Part shown: positions 26,990-41,480 of the stretch, in pieces
How positions within the stretch are numbered: position 1 is the first letter of the stretch
How the letters are laid out: every line of letters starts with the position of its first letter
NCBI RefSeq assembly: GCF_001194135.2
Contig: NC_068984.1
Span: 4,227,210-4,291,209 of the forward strand
DNA: 64,000 bases
From: Octopus bimaculoides
Lineage: Eukaryota
Direction of reading: 5' to 3'
Program-made: the position numbers and the translations under genes
Notes under the pieces: model-generated
Database searches by the model: none
What the model saw: the letters and a program-made list of their open reading frames with translations, nothing else
Told to the model about the DNA's origin: nothing

Positions 26990-29689
26990 TTACACACACA
27001 CTCACACATATGTATGTTTGTTCCATTGTTGTTACCTGTAATAAAAGATAGGTGAGATTATCACCCAATCAATAAATCCTAGCCATTACAATCACTGATG
27101 GCTTCTCAGGGGTACCACAATTATATGGACCCTCAAGAAGTTCACAGATGCCTATAAGAAATAGCAATCAAATTTTTTTCCCCTAATCATATCCCAGGGT
27201 GTCTTCTGAATCAGATTTGACTTAGGGCTAAAGAACAACCCCCACATGTCCCATAGCACTAAAGCTTCATTGCAAATGTTTCCTTTTTCACTGCCCCAAA
27301 CTGATTTCACTTTCATCATTTCACCTGTTTTATGTTTGAAATCCTTAAGCCTACCCTTAGCCCCCTATTAAACTCTTCTTTTGTCCCACCTAATTCTGTA
27401 AATCTCTTTTTATGTGTCAGAATATTTTAAAGGCACCAAACACAGAGTTTTTCTATTCCCTGTTTAGGAAACTGAAAGTTCTATAAATTCTTTTCCTTCT
27501 CTCCAAATTAATTGATGAAATAAATATAACAAAGAATGTACAAAAGAAAACTTCATTTATCTTAGAAAGAATATCTTTTTACTATTAGAAACCCGAGTTC
27601 TTTGAAAACCACTTATTATCATGATCCTTGTTCCCTTGACAACAATTAATTAGATGCTCAGTGTCACATGATATGTCGACTATCTCTGGCGCTGCTCCAC
27701 TCATGTGGTCCTTAATGTAAGTCATTCCAAGTCTTCAGACGGTTCCTTTTTATAACACAGTCTTGAAATACATTGAAATTGTTTCTTATTACCAATCCAC
27801 TTTGAAATATCAGCATCTCCTTATCTGTTGTTGACAAAAATGTTCTTTTAGACAGACATTAATTTGTGAGAGTAACAACATTTGGCCTGAAGAATTGGTC
27901 ATTTGATTCTCATCACCTGTGTAATGTTGATTCTAAAGAATCTTAGCTTGTAATGATCCAATTCACTGAGACGTAAACAATCTTAGGCAATGTTCCTGCT
28001 CTCTACTCAATGTCTGCATTGTTGGTTCTCAGAATGAAATTCACCATTTAAAGAGAACCTCAGTTCATAGCAGGGTTTCTTCTGCTGAATTTATTCAAAA
28101 AGTTTCTATTCATCATCATCATCATCATCGTTTAACGTCCATTTTCCATGCTGGCATGGGTTGGACGGTTCGACTGGGGTCTGGGAAGCCAGGAGGCTGC
28201 ACCAGGCTCCAGTCTGATCTGGCAATGTTTCTACAGTTGGATGTCCTTCCTAACACCAACCACTCTGAGAGTACAGTGGGTGCTTTTTACGTGCCACCGG
28301 CACGGGGATCACGACTACAATTTCCATTTGATTTTAATGTACTTGACTCAATAGGTCTCCTCAAGCACAGCATGTTGCCCTATGATCCAAAGTATTTTTG
28401 AGTGAGCTGGGGCTGGTTATGCGACACTGGTGTAGGTTACAGCTCACTTTATTTGCTGGGTCTTCACAACTAAATTAACGTAGAAGTCATTAATATATAA
28501 AAATAAAGCATAGAACAAACACCATATTTGATTATCTTTTTGAAAATTCTATAATATTGAGCACATTGGGGATTAACTCAAGAAGATTATCTCAAAAGTT
28601 TGAGATTGTGTAAAAACAATCCTGTATTATTGTAAAAGTTAAATGAATGTATTAGATATTAAATATTTGAAGCAAAGTTGTCAAAATACAAAGATTTTAT
28701 CCAAAACTTTATTAATTCTGCCTGCCCTCTTACAATATTTATAATTTGTCAAAGATGAGAGGATTGTTGACTAACACCAGAAAAAGCTAAATATGAAACA
28801 TAAGTTAGACGTCTTTCTTTATTTTTTTTTTTTAATTAAAAAATAGAACATCATTATAATCAGAACTAGAGAATATTTTTTTTCCATAATAAACAAAATA
28901 TTACAGAGATAATTCCATGTGAGGAACTGCAGTAGCTTATTGGCCAAACTAGTGGTGTGGGTCACATAATGTTGGCTGTTCTAAGTTAAATCAAGGAAGT
29001 AAATTATTAGTAGCAAGAAGATAGAAAACCATAAGAGTCTGTGGTGTTGGATATGTTCCATAGTGTTGTCATGGAAACAAATACAGAAAGAGAGGTGGGG
29101 GAGGAGAGGAGTAACAACATCTAATTGAGTCGAAGATAAGCAAGGCATCTGTTAAATACAGCTTGCTGTGAGTTTCCAATTAGATTTGTCCTTCAAAGAA
29201 GTCTTCCACCAGCCAGTAAGTAAACAAGGTGCTGGAATGTAAAGCTGACCAGGGCAGAAGGAAGGAAGAAGAAGAAGAAGAAAGGAGAAAAAAGTGGAAA
29301 AGGAAGTTAGCCAGATCTGGCTGAAGGACAACAGTTTTGTTGTAACTAGAAATTAATCTTCTTCAATTAATATATTTTATTTTATTCATATAGTGCTAAC
29401 CTTTTTCTAGTTCTCTTCTCCTCTTAATCTCTCTTTCTCATCTTTGTCTCTCTGCCTTATTTATAAAGCCTCCACCTTTTTGATTTCTACTTACGTAAAA
29501 CACTGCTAATTCCTGTGGTAATTGGCATTTTGGCACAAATGTCTTGTTTGGAGAGGTTTGGTGATGTGATTCTGTCCAATATTCCACTGAAACTCATTTC
29601 ATTAGTTTGGATTTATTCCTCAAATTTGTGGACAGCTGAATTTACACAGATAGCCCTTCACCATCTGTATTACACCCAAAGTATTGTTC

Positions 29690-31335
29690 ATCATCATCAT
29701 CCAGTGTTTTAAATCCAGGTTTTGTCCCTGTGAATGGAGGTGGCCAGATTTACCTCAATGCTATAGGAACCATCCTCACACCATCTTGCCTGGTTTTGGG
29801 TGTCCTCCCTTTTCAAACCAACCTACCCAATCTCCCCCTCCACCTGTCCCCTCCACCTTTTCCTCGGTCTACGCTCTATTTCCCTCAAACGCAATCATTC
29901 TCTTCATCCCTCCTCAACACATGCCCTTACCACCTCACTCCATTCACCCTTGCCAACCATTCCACCGATTCCTCCAACCCCAGCATCCCCATCAAATCCT
30001 CAGTCCTGTTATCAAAGAGCTTCACCCCACACATTTCTCTCATCTACCATGAATCCATTGCTTACATCTCGTACACAACACTGCATTGCTCTCTCAGTCC
30101 TTCTCAAAATTGCCATCTCTCTCTCTCTCCCTCAGACACCATGTCTCACTCCCATACAACATTGCAGCTCTCACACAACTCTTATAGACCCTTCCTTTCA
30201 TCTTTAATGACAACCTTTTCCCACATAACAATGTTCCACATTCCCTGAACTTCACCCAGCCAAGTCTCGCTCTTGCTGTCACAGATGCTTCACATCCACC
30301 ACTCACATCCACCCTATCTCCCAAATAACAAAACCCTCTCACCGTTTCCACCTTGTCATATAGTGTTTCCACTGGTTCTGCCAGTCTTGGGGTCACCATC
30401 TTCGTTTTCGTACATCTACCATGAATCCATTTCCCACATTTTCTACACAACACCGCATTTGCCATTACCCTCCTCCCACACACACCACACGGATCCACTA
30501 ACACTTCTCCTTCCACCCCACTCCCCATCACCTTTGTCTTTCCGAGGTTTACCTTGAAGCCCTTGCTTTAAAATGCCTCCTTCCATTTCCAAAACGTCTC
30601 CCTCATTCCCTCCATTGTCTCACTCATCAGAACAAGGTCTTCTGCATACAGTATCTCCATTATCAATCTCTCTCTTGCACTCTCCGTCACCACATCAACC
30701 ACTATTGCAAACAACAACAACGGTGACAACACAGATCCCTGATGCACACCAACTTTCACCACAAACTCCTTCGACACCTCTGATCCAACTCTAACTCTTG
30801 TCTTAACCCCCTCATACAAACTCATCACTGCCCTCATTATTACCTCTAGTCCACCTCTCTTCCTCAATGCCCACTCAATTATCTCTTCCTGAGAACCCTA
30901 TCAAATGCCTTCTCCAGATCAGCAAAGCACATGTACAACTCCTTCCTCTGATCTCAGTATTCCTCTTGCAATTTCCTTACAATGAACACTGCATTTATTG
31001 TCCCCCATTCCTGGCATAGAACCAAATTGCATCTCATCCACATCCACCCGCTTCCGAATTCTCCCCTCCAACACCCTTTCCACTATCTTCATTGCATGCT
31101 CCAATAACTTCACTCCCTTATACGCCCCCACAACTCATCGCATCCCCCTTCTCCTTGAAAATCGCTACCACCACACTTAGTGCCCAATCATTTGGCATTC
31201 CTGTTCCGTCCAGCACACCCTGGCAGAGCTCCATCATCACTACAATCCCTGTCTCCCCACTTGCAGTTGTCCTTTCCACACTTCTGATGGACCAGCTGCC
31301 CTTCCTGTTCTCATTTCTTTCAGTATTGAAAAGTG
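29690..31335 (-). mobile_element. 5'-truncated RTE-clade LINE (RT, Cys/His insert, C-terminus, (GAT)n tail)
   Basis: MPNDWALSVVVAIFKEKGDA, GVKLLEHAMKIVERVLEGRIR..MQFGSMPG, VGVHQGSVLSPLL, ILYAEDLVL, CGVCGRRVMANAVLCRKCGKWIHGRC, FCYLGD, RAAMLYGSETW. Frameshifted. Tail at about 29690-29700. Confidence 0.93.
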
Positions 31336-31399
31336 CATCTTTAGTTTCACTATTTCGATATTGCACAGAATATGAATAAAACATTGAGAATTATGGAGA

Positions 31400-32492
31400 A
31401 AACCAGAGACTAAGCTTGTAGTAGCAAAAATTAAAATGTCAGAAGCAGTGGTCTTGGAACACCCAATCTTGTCCCATATACTACGATATCTGATTTAGTA
31501 CACAGTTCACATGGTGCAGGTATGAATATTGTCTTGGTTTTATCAGACTTCTTTTAAGATCAAAGGCCATACATAAGCAGAAAAGTGATCCGTAATGTGT
31601 TGGCTGTCATCAGAAGTGTGATCCAGGAAATCAACATCATCTGCATAAAAGAGTTCCCTGATCAAAGTTTCAAACTTGAAGTTGAACCTTCTCAAATTTA
31701 TGACTCTTCCGGTAGTTCTGAACTGCAAGAGGACATCCTTGTCACAGTCGTGTAATGCATGCACAAGAAGAACTGCAAGAGTGTAGGAGCAAGAATATCA
31801 TTTTGCTTTACTCTATTATCATAAAAAACTTTATCAGACAATTTCCTGTTATAGACAACATGAGCCTTCATGTCTTGGTGCTGCTGTTCAATGTATTTCT
31901 CTTGTATTTGTCTAACACAGAATACCAATTTGGTTGTTCCTGTACCTAATCTAAAGCCACTTTGTAATTCAAAAATCACTGTAAAACAGCCATCTTCCAT
32001 GAATTTGTTCAACAACAGCCTAGCAAGGAATTTGCCAGCAGCTTGCAGAAGTGTGAAGCCATGATAAGGGTCACAAGTTCCTTTTTCTCTCTTACCCCTG
32101 AACAAAGACACTAAAATGCCATCAATCCAATCTCTTGGTAAAGAGGTGCCAGTCCAGTTCAACAGAAGACCATCTCGGCCAGGTGCTCTGCTAGTAGTTA
32201 CCTGTTTAAGAGCCATTTTTACCTCATCATCAGATGGTCATCAATCCATTGTGAATTTCATATCACATTATTATTGGCTACTGATGGGTTACTCTTTTAC
32301 TTGTTTCAGTCATTTGACTGCGGCCATGCTGGAGCACTGCCTTTAGTCGAGAAAATCGAACCCAGAGCTTATTCTTTGTAAGCCTAGTACTTATTCTATC
32401 TGTCTCTTTTGCTGAACTGCTACGTTATGGGGATGCAAACACACCATCATTGGTTGTCAAGCGATGTTGGGGGGACAAGCACAGACACACAA

Positions 32493-32540
<48 letters not shown>

Positions 32541-34100
32541 GACAGGCTGCTTTCAGTTTCTGTCTACCAAATCCACTTACAAGGCTTTGGTTGGCCCGAG
32601 GCTATAGTAGAAGATACTTGCTCAAGGTGCCATGCAGTGGGACTGAACCCAGGACCATGCAGTTGGTAAGCAAGCTACTTACCACACAACCACTCCTAGT
32701 GAAGTGCTCTTGCCAGCACTGCAGGATTTTTGCTAATTCTTTGATGATGGTAGTGTTGTCCTTGGGGTTCAGAAGAACTACAGTAGTAGTCAGTGGGCCC
32801 TTCACTTCCTGTAGAAGACCATGGAACAGCTTCGAATCCTTTGCATCGTAAACTCTTTGAATCTCTGAAGAGACCTTCAGCCACCACTCATCCTTTGTTC
32901 TTCTGAGTTGTGATTTTGCTTTGTAATCCTTACATTGCCTATAAGTCCTCTCTGTAACAGGCTGAAGGGCACTCACTCAAAATCTTTTCATAAAGAGCTT
33001 GTTTTGTTTTCAGTAGATGACTGATAATAGAATCATTATCATCAAACCAGTCCTTATGTTTCTTCTTCATTCTAAAACCAAGTACATTGACTTCCATTGA
33101 GTACATTTGATTTTTAAAGTTCTCCTCGGTTCCTTCAAAGTCAAGACTATCAAGTTGTTTGTTTAAGGTTTCACAGACATCCAGCAATTTCAGTTTTGTA
33201 AGATCGATATGTGCTGTTATTGTCAACCTATTCATACAGATCTTGTTACAGATTCATATTCTAAATTTTCCTCCTTTCACATCACACGTACAATTACATG
33301 TGTTGCTGAGGTCACATTCACATGTGATAAAAACAATCACATGACTGTGTGAGTCCATGTAACCTTGTACTTGAGTTATTGATGAAAGAATGTGTTGCAG
33401 ATGACTGAGATGAGTTCTGATCAAAGTTCATGTCACTTCAAACCATTACCGTTCACTTTACCAATGCCATAGCATCCCAAGCGCATCCCATGTCTCAGAG
33501 TCTTTACTAATTTCTGCATTGAAGAATTATCAGTTCTTCATCAACCAGTGTGGATGTAAATAGCAGTATGAAGATTTTCATTGGAAGTTATGATAATTTC
33601 TTCATTGGCTTGGAGGTATGGAGCATAAACTGACAAGATTGACACATATTGCTCACATGAAAGAGAAAAGCAAAGCTTCATTATGCCACCAGTTACACTC
33701 AAAGGATTCTCCAAATGTTTTACCAAAGTTGTTTTGATTGCAAAACTGACACCACCTTATGATTCGCTTTTTGGTTTGCCAACCCAGAAGAATGTATGGC
33801 CTAATGATACTTCACTAAGCTGATCTTTCTTGGAGACACATGTTTCAGATAAAACTGCAATATCAATGTGAAGTTTTTGAAGTTCTTTAGTCACAGGTGA
33901 TGTTCTTTGTTAAAGATGATTCAATGAAGTTTGGTCCAGGAGTAAATATTGAGTTTAGCTCCATCTTTTGCAAATATTTTATTCCATCTTTCATCTTCCT
34001 GCTTGAATGAAACACAATTAGCTGCAGGAAACTAACCAGTTTTGAGGTGACTGACAATATTTAGTGCACCTTTTCTAGTACCTTCCCAGGAATTTGGGTA
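31400..34100 (-). mobile_element. Second RTE LINE (AP endonuclease plus partial RT), decayed and interrupted by a SINE at about 32290-32693
   Basis: Endonuclease-like VSILSVYAP, KDWFDDND, SRAPGRDG, QSGFRLGTGTTKLVFCVRQIQEKYIEQ and LFYADDVDF. Many stops and frameshifts. A different subfamily from the adjacent element. Confidence 0.9.
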
Positions 34101-34440
34101 AGCAGCGCTCTCCCTAAAAATGCTCTGCTTCATCACAAGAATCTCCATTGAAGTTGATCCCTGTCAGGAGAAGACACAACAATGTTAGGATAAGACTTCA
34201 AGCCCCCTATTTGCATATTTGTAGTTATGCACTTCCAACTGGTTAGGTCTGCACACGTTCCTACACTTCCATTGGCATAGGACTTTCAGTAGCGGGAATG
34301 ACAAATGATAGATGAGGTCACCATAAAGACACATCTGTATGTCATTGGATAAACACTATATACATTCATACATACCTGTACACATACATATAAATATCTG
34401 TGTATATATATATGTATGTGTGTGTGTGTGTAAATTTATA

Positions 34441-34850
34441 GAAAAGTTAGGCATAAGAGGCATCAGATGTGGTGTGCAAGAGAGATAACTGTGCTGGTAT
34501 GGTCATGTGATGCATATGGACGAGGACAGCTGTGTAAAGAAGTGTCGATCTCTAACTGTGGAGGGGTAGTAGAGGTAGACCCTGGAAGACACGGGAGGAA
34601 GTGGTGAAGCATCATCTTTGAACTTTGGGCCTCAGAGGCAATGACTAGTGACTGAGACCTTTGGTGATATGCTGTGCTTGAGAAGACCCATCAAGGCAAG
34701 TGAAATCATAGTCATGGCTGATGCTGGTGGTACGTGACTGGCATCCGTGCCGGTGGTACATAAAAAACACCTTCCGAGCAGTGGGCCTCACGGAGGCAAA
34801 GTGGCTGAGCTCCTTTTGAGTGTAGGGCCTCATGGAGGCAATGACCAAGA
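34441..34850 (+). mobile_element. RTE LINE 3' end (ORF C-terminus plus 3'UTR)
   Basis: EKLGIRGIRCGVQER*LCWYGHVMHMDEDSCVKKCRSLTVEG..RGRPWKT..YAVLEKT, continuing into the gtgccggtggtacataaaaaacacc 3'UTR motif. Confidence 0.85.
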
Positions 34851-35062
34851 CCTTTGACATTATATTTATATATGTGTATGTATTTATATACATATATTTA
34901 TATATTAGTGTGTATTCATATCTATCTATCTATCTATAGATATGTGTGTGTGTGTGTTTGTATGTATATATCTATTCATACACGTATGTATTCATACATT
35001 GTGTGTGTCTGTGCTGTGTATGCATGTATATATATATATGTGTGTGCGTATTCATATATATA

Positions 35063-35115
<53 letters not shown>

Positions 35116-35180
35116 GTGTGTATATATATATATATATATAATCGTCATCATCATCATGTAATATATATGTATTTGTATGT

Positions 35181-35232
<52 letters not shown>

Positions 35233-35895
35233 TCATATATATTTAAGTACCTACATACACACACACACACGCATATCTATGTATATCTGTGTATATGTAC
35301 ATATCTACATATATGTTTGCATGTATGTATGTATATTTTAATGTAGAACAAAGTCACTCATGTGTTCCATGGTATATTATTATATCAGTGATGATGACGG
35401 TGGTGGTGGTGGTGGCAGTATTGATTGTAGTGATAGTGTTGTCATTGGTGGTGGTGGTGCTGGTGAGGATGTTTGTTGTAGTGATGATGATGTTGTTGTT
35501 GTTGATGCTGATGTATAAATGCCCGAAGATATTGGATTTGACATTAGATGAAGCTAACAAGGAAACAGAAATACATTCAACTGCTGGCTTCCCCACCCCC
35601 CGCTTCCTCTATTAAACAGTTGTTTTTCCCTCCAACTTCTAATTAACAACATTTCAACAGCCAAAATCTCCTCCACCTCCTACATATATATATATAGAGA
35701 TAGATAGATAGATAGATACGCACGCATACATAAGTACGCACACATTCATATATACGCACGCATGCACACACATTCATATATACACACGCATGCACATACA
35801 TGCATGCTCTCTCACTCACATGACCACATTTGCTCATAAACACACAGACATTTTTGTGTGTGCACTTGTACCTATGTCTATATACATGTATGTGC

Positions 35896-35944
<49 letters not shown>

Positions 35945-36097
35945 CACACACATATATATATATAAATATATATATGTACATGTACGTTTGTGTATTTTTT
36001 TTAAGTGTATGTATGTATATATATATGCATATATATATGTATATATATATTTATATATATGTGTGTATACATATATATATGTATATACATATATATG

Positions 36098-36186
<89 letters not shown>

Positions 36187-36762
36187 NNNNNNNNNNNNNN
36201 NNNNNNNNNNNNNNNNNNNNNNNNNNNNNNNNNNNNNNNNNNNNNNNNNNNNNNNNNNNNNNNNNNNNNNNNNNNNNNNNNNNNNNNNNNNNNNNNNNNN
36301 NNNNNNNNNNNNNNNNNNNNNNNNNNNNNNNNNNNNNNNNNNNNNNNNNNNNNNNNNNNNNNNNNNNNNNNNNNNNNNNNNNNNNNNNNNNNNNNNNNNN
36401 NNNNNNNNNNNNNNNNNNNNNNNNNNNNNNNNNNNNNNNNNNNNNNNNNNNNNNNNNNNNNNNNNNNNNNNNNNNNNNNNNNNNNNNNNNNNNNNNNNNN
36501 NNNNNNNNNNNNNNNNNNNNNNNNNNNNNNNNNNNNNNNNNNNNNNNNNNNNNNNNNNNNNNNNNNNNNNNNNNNNNNNNNNNNNNNNNNNNNNNNNNNN
36601 NNNNNNNNNNNNNNNNNNNNNNNNNNNNNNNNNNNNNNNNNNNNNNNNNNNNNNNNNNNNNNNNNNNNNNNNNNNNNNNNNNNNNNNNNNNNNNNNNNNN
36701 NNNNNNNNNNNNNNNNNNNNNNNNNNNNNNNNNNNNNNNNNNNNNNNNNNNNNNNNNNNNAT

Positions 36763-36800
<38 letters not shown>

Positions 36801-38196
36801 GTATGTATATTCTTTTACTTGTTTCAGTCATTTGACTGTGGCCATGCTGGAGCACCACCCTTAGTCGAACAAATCGACCCCAGGACTTATTCTTTGTAAG
36901 CCTGACACTTATTCTATTGGTATCTTTTGCCGAACCTCTAAGTTACGAGGATGTGAACACACCAACATCGGTTGTCAAGCAATGGTGGCGGGACAAGCAC
37001 AGACACATACACAAGCATATAAATATATGTTGGGCTTGTTTTGGTTTCTGCCTACCAAATCCATTCACAAGGCTTTGGTCGGCCCGAGGCTATAGCAGAA
37101 GACACTTGTCCAAGGTGCCACACAGTGGGAGTGATCCTGGAACCATGTGGTTGGGAAGCAAGCTTCTTAGCACATAGCCATGCCTGCGCATGTGGAAAGT
37201 GTTTTGCAATCTCATAGTTTTGCATTTAGTGCCACTGTGGGGCACCTTGGATAAGTGCATTCTTTTCTACTCTAGGTACAAGGCACAAAATTTTGGGGGG
37301 TAGGGGGCTAGTTGATTAGATCAACCCCAGTACGCAACTGGTACTTATTTAATCAACACCGAAAGGATGAAAGTCAAAGTCGACCTCGGTGGAATTTGAA
37401 CTCAGAACGAAATACCGCTAAGCATTTCGCCCGGCATGCTAACGTTTCTGCCAGCTCGCCTCCTTTGGACAAGTGCATTCTACAATAGCTCTGAGCTGAC
37501 CAATGCCTTATGGGTGAATTTNNNNNNNNNNNNNNNNNNNNNNNNNNNNNNNNNNNNNNNNNNNNNNNNNNNNNNNNNNNNNNNNNNNNNNNNNNNNNNN
37601 NNNNNNNNNNNNNNNNNNNNNNNNNNNNNNNNNNNNNNNNNNNNNNNNNNNNNNNNNNNNNNNNNNNNNNNNNNNNNNNNNNNNNNNNNNNNNNNNNNNN
37701 NNNNNNNNNNNNNNNNNNNNNNNNNNNNNNNNNNNNNNNNNNNNNNNNNNNNNNNNNNNNNNNNNNNNNNNNNNNNNNNNNNNNNNNNNNNNNNNNNNNN
37801 NNNNNNNNNNNNNNNNNNNNNNNNNNNNNNNNNNNNNNNNNNNNNNNNNNNNNNNNNNNNNNNNNNNNNNNNNNNNNNNNNNNNNNNNNNNNNNNNNNNN
37901 NNNNNNNNNNNNNNNNNNNNNNNNNNNNNNNNNNNNNNNNNNNNNNNNNNNNNNNNNNNNNNNNNNNNNNNNNNNNNNNNNNNNNNNNNNNNNNNNNNNN
38001 NNNNNNNNNNNNNNNNNNNNNNNNNNNNNNNNNNNNNNNNNNNNNNNNNNNNNNNNNNNNNNNNNNNNNNNNNNNNNNNNNNNNNNNNNNNNNNNNNNNN
38101 NNNNNNNNNNNNNNNNNNNNNNNNNNNNNNNNNNNNNNNNNNNNNNNNNNNNNNNNNNNNNNNNNNNNNNNNNNNNNNNNNNNNNNNNNNNNNNNN

Positions 38197-38233
<37 letters not shown>

Positions 38234-38376
38234 GCAGATGTGTTTGTATTTGGTTATGTGCATACACAATGGGACTGATGCGTACATATTTTCTATGTAA
38301 GTATGTGTCTATATCTGTGTGTGTTCAACCTATGACAGCATGAAAAGTGGACAGGAAATGGTGATGATGATGATGG

Positions 38377-38407
<31 letters not shown>

Positions 38408-38478
38408 ATATGTTTATATATAAATAAACAAATGTGTGTACGTGTGTGTGTTTGTCTCTCTCGTTTTCTTCTATATAC

Positions 38479-38510
<32 letters not shown>

Positions 38511-40739
38511 ATATATGTAGGCACATATGTATATAATATATGTATTTATGTATACAATATATGTGCATGTGTGTGTGTACATACATAAATTCAGAAGTGA
38601 TATTTGAAGACATATAACTGTATATCTCAGTGGAAGGCTGCCTGCGTCCCTAATTCAATTCAAAAGGTGAGTGTCCAAAATAGATGACCTATTGCTTAGA
38701 ACAGATCAATGGACTACAGTCTAAGAATAAATACTTCTAAATATTTTAGCAACCACACATGCACACACGCACACATACACACACAGACACATGCACCGAT
38801 ACAGACATACTCACTCTCACACATACTAATCTTATTTATAAACAGACACACTCTGGAATTATATATAGATTTACATAGTCGTATGTATGTGCGAGTGTGT
38901 CAGTTTGTACACTACTTTACACATAAATATATACATANNNNNNNNNNATATATATATATACTCATATAGGTATGTATGTGTATATGTACATGTAACCATA
39001 TATGTACGTGTGTCTATGTATGTATATATGTATGTATCTGCACAAGCACACACATACACATGCACACATATACAGACATTACTGTGTGCACATATATGTG
39101 CTTTTGCTTGTCTGTGTCTGTATATACATTTCCACACACAAATTAGAACTAAATCTCAGCTTGTATGTGCGTACATACATATGCATCTGTCTGTCTGTCT
39201 CTCTCACAAGTGTGAGTATATATATATATATATATATATATATGCTCACACATACATTATGTATGTATATAAAGAGTAGAAATATACTCTGGCACACCAA
39301 GAAATTGGACAAAGTGTGTAAGTACGAATATAGAAACTGTTGCTACCCGAGATAAATGCACTTATTTGTTATCAATGACAGTGAAATAGCAATCAATTGT
39401 GATAGCGGTGAGTGATATGGACAGAGCAGAGATCTCGGCACACACACTGGAAATTACAGTCATGCTTTGCAAATGAAGGATTATTGTTGTTGCAGTGTGG
39501 CATTGAAGAGAGATGCAGGAATTAATTGCGTCTCAGTGTTGAAAGAGGTCAGTGTGGCGGCGTACGGGTTGAGGCTTTTCATTTTCACACAAAGAGATTT
39601 GGGTCTGAATTCTAGTCTAAGTTGCTTTGATTGTGCTCCTGGCTCGGTCTCTCTCTCTCCTTTTTTTCTTTTTTTGTCTATCTGTGTATTTCTCATCCTC
39701 ATCTCCCGGTCAGTGCTGGTGCCACATCAAAAGCACTTGTGCCAGTGCTACATGAGAAAGCACCTGTGCCATGCCACGTAGAAAGGACCTGTGCCAGTGC
39801 TACATTAAAAGCACCCAAAAGGGGTTGGCATTAGGAAGGGCATCCAGCTTCAGAAACCAAACCAAGACAAACGACTAAAACATGGTGCGACTCTCCAGGC
39901 TTGCCAGCTCAAGCCAAACTGTCTAACCCATGCCAGCATGGAAAATGGGCGTTAAATGAGGATGATGATGATGATGTGAATGTTGGTGATGATGATCATC
40001 TTCATCATCATCTTCATCTTCATAATCATCACTGTTGTTGTTTTGACAGCCACTTTTCTATGCTTGCATGGTTCAGACAGAACTCTTTGAGGTAGAATTT
40101 TTGCAGCTGGATGCTCTTTCTGTCCTTCAACACTCACCTATTTCCAAGCAAGGTAATATTTCCCCACCATGGCTAGACATGTTTTTACAGAGGATTGGAA
40201 TGACATCACTTGTATGATGGTACCACTCATTTACAACTATCATGTGATGTCAAGACAAGGAGGCATGACCCACCACCACCCAACCTCCCCCTACACACAC
40301 ACACACACATGCACATACACACATATACATATATATGATAGGCTTCTTTGAGATTCCATCAAGTCTGAGAAGTAGAAGACATTTGCTCAAGGCAACATGC
40401 AGAGAGATCGAACCCAAAACCATGTGGTTGGGAAGCAAACTTCTTAACCAGCCAACCATGCCTGTGCCTATGCACACACACACACACACGCACACACACA
40501 CATACATGCACATACACACATGCATGCACACACTCATACACATACACACACATGCACACATACACATTCTCACACATGCACATATATACTCACACACACA
40601 TATATAAATCTGTCTCAACAATTTAGTCAACCCATGCATTCATGGGAAAAAAAAGACATTAAAATACTGATGACAATGATATATATATATAAATATAACG
40701 TGTCTTGAATGGCTCAACAATGCAGAGTGGACAATAATA

Positions 40740-41480
40740 ACTGTTATAATTTTATTATCCATAGTCTGATATAATAATAATATTTCGGAATACAAAAATT
40801 CTTTCTTCAGATATCGCTAGGAATTGATCGAGTCATTGTTATAATCGGTTTTCCAACGGTTGCTGAAATTTTCTTTTTTCTGGAAACATCTCTGCAAAGG
40901 TCTCATGAAGCTCCTTCTGGAAATTCTTATGAGAAGTGCATGAGGGTGGCCATGTTTTGAGCTCGTGTGTGTTGACACACCGCAGCGCTGCTTCTAAGAT
41001 ATGTTTTATACGTGAAGTTTTTTTTTTTATATATAATACCTGAGCATGTTATCAAAAATGAACCTACACGCATCCAGATGTAGCTAAATAATATACTGAT
41101 TGCCAGCCTCTTGCCTGTTGTTGATTTGGGGCCTTAGTCTGTCTATGAGGATAGCTTCCTTAATTCTTAGATAAGCCAAATTTCTTTCATTGGCCCCAAT
41201 TGCGACTGTTATGCTTTTGTCAGTGTTCCAGCATCTGTCTAGATGTTTTCTGAAGGAGGAGGCTCTCGTGTTCAGATGCTCTTTCATGCAGACGTGGAAC
41301 AGTCTTGTTGTGCTACCCACATAGAACTTGTTGCATTTGTTACATCGTATTCTATACAAAACATTTACCTGTTGGCATAAATGTGTGTCATGGATGGGGA
41401 AGTTAGCTAGTGTTCATTGATTGCTCTTCTTTGCTTGTTTCTTTGCTAGGTGTCTTCTCAGATATTTATATATATATATA
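40740..41480 (-). mobile_element. Penelope-like element fragment with GIY-YIG endonuclease
   Basis: ORF 41084-41359 MYRIRCNKCNKFYVGSTTRLFHVCMKEH...LRIKEAILIDRLRPQIN fits VYxIxCxxCxxxYVG..R...EH and EA.P.IN of the PLE GIY-YIG domain. A degenerate hammerhead motif lies downstream. Confidence 0.85.

Noticed and set aside
29684-30794. Pro/Ser/His-rich plus-strand ORFs
   Set aside because: Antisense shadows of the minus-strand RTE reverse transcriptase.
35790-38287. Long ORFs (230-370 aa) in the track, also at 53885-54616, 61130-61762 and 62279-63477
   Set aside because: They are made of N gaps and (TA)n/(CA)n translations (YIYI, HTHT, X runs) and are not coding.
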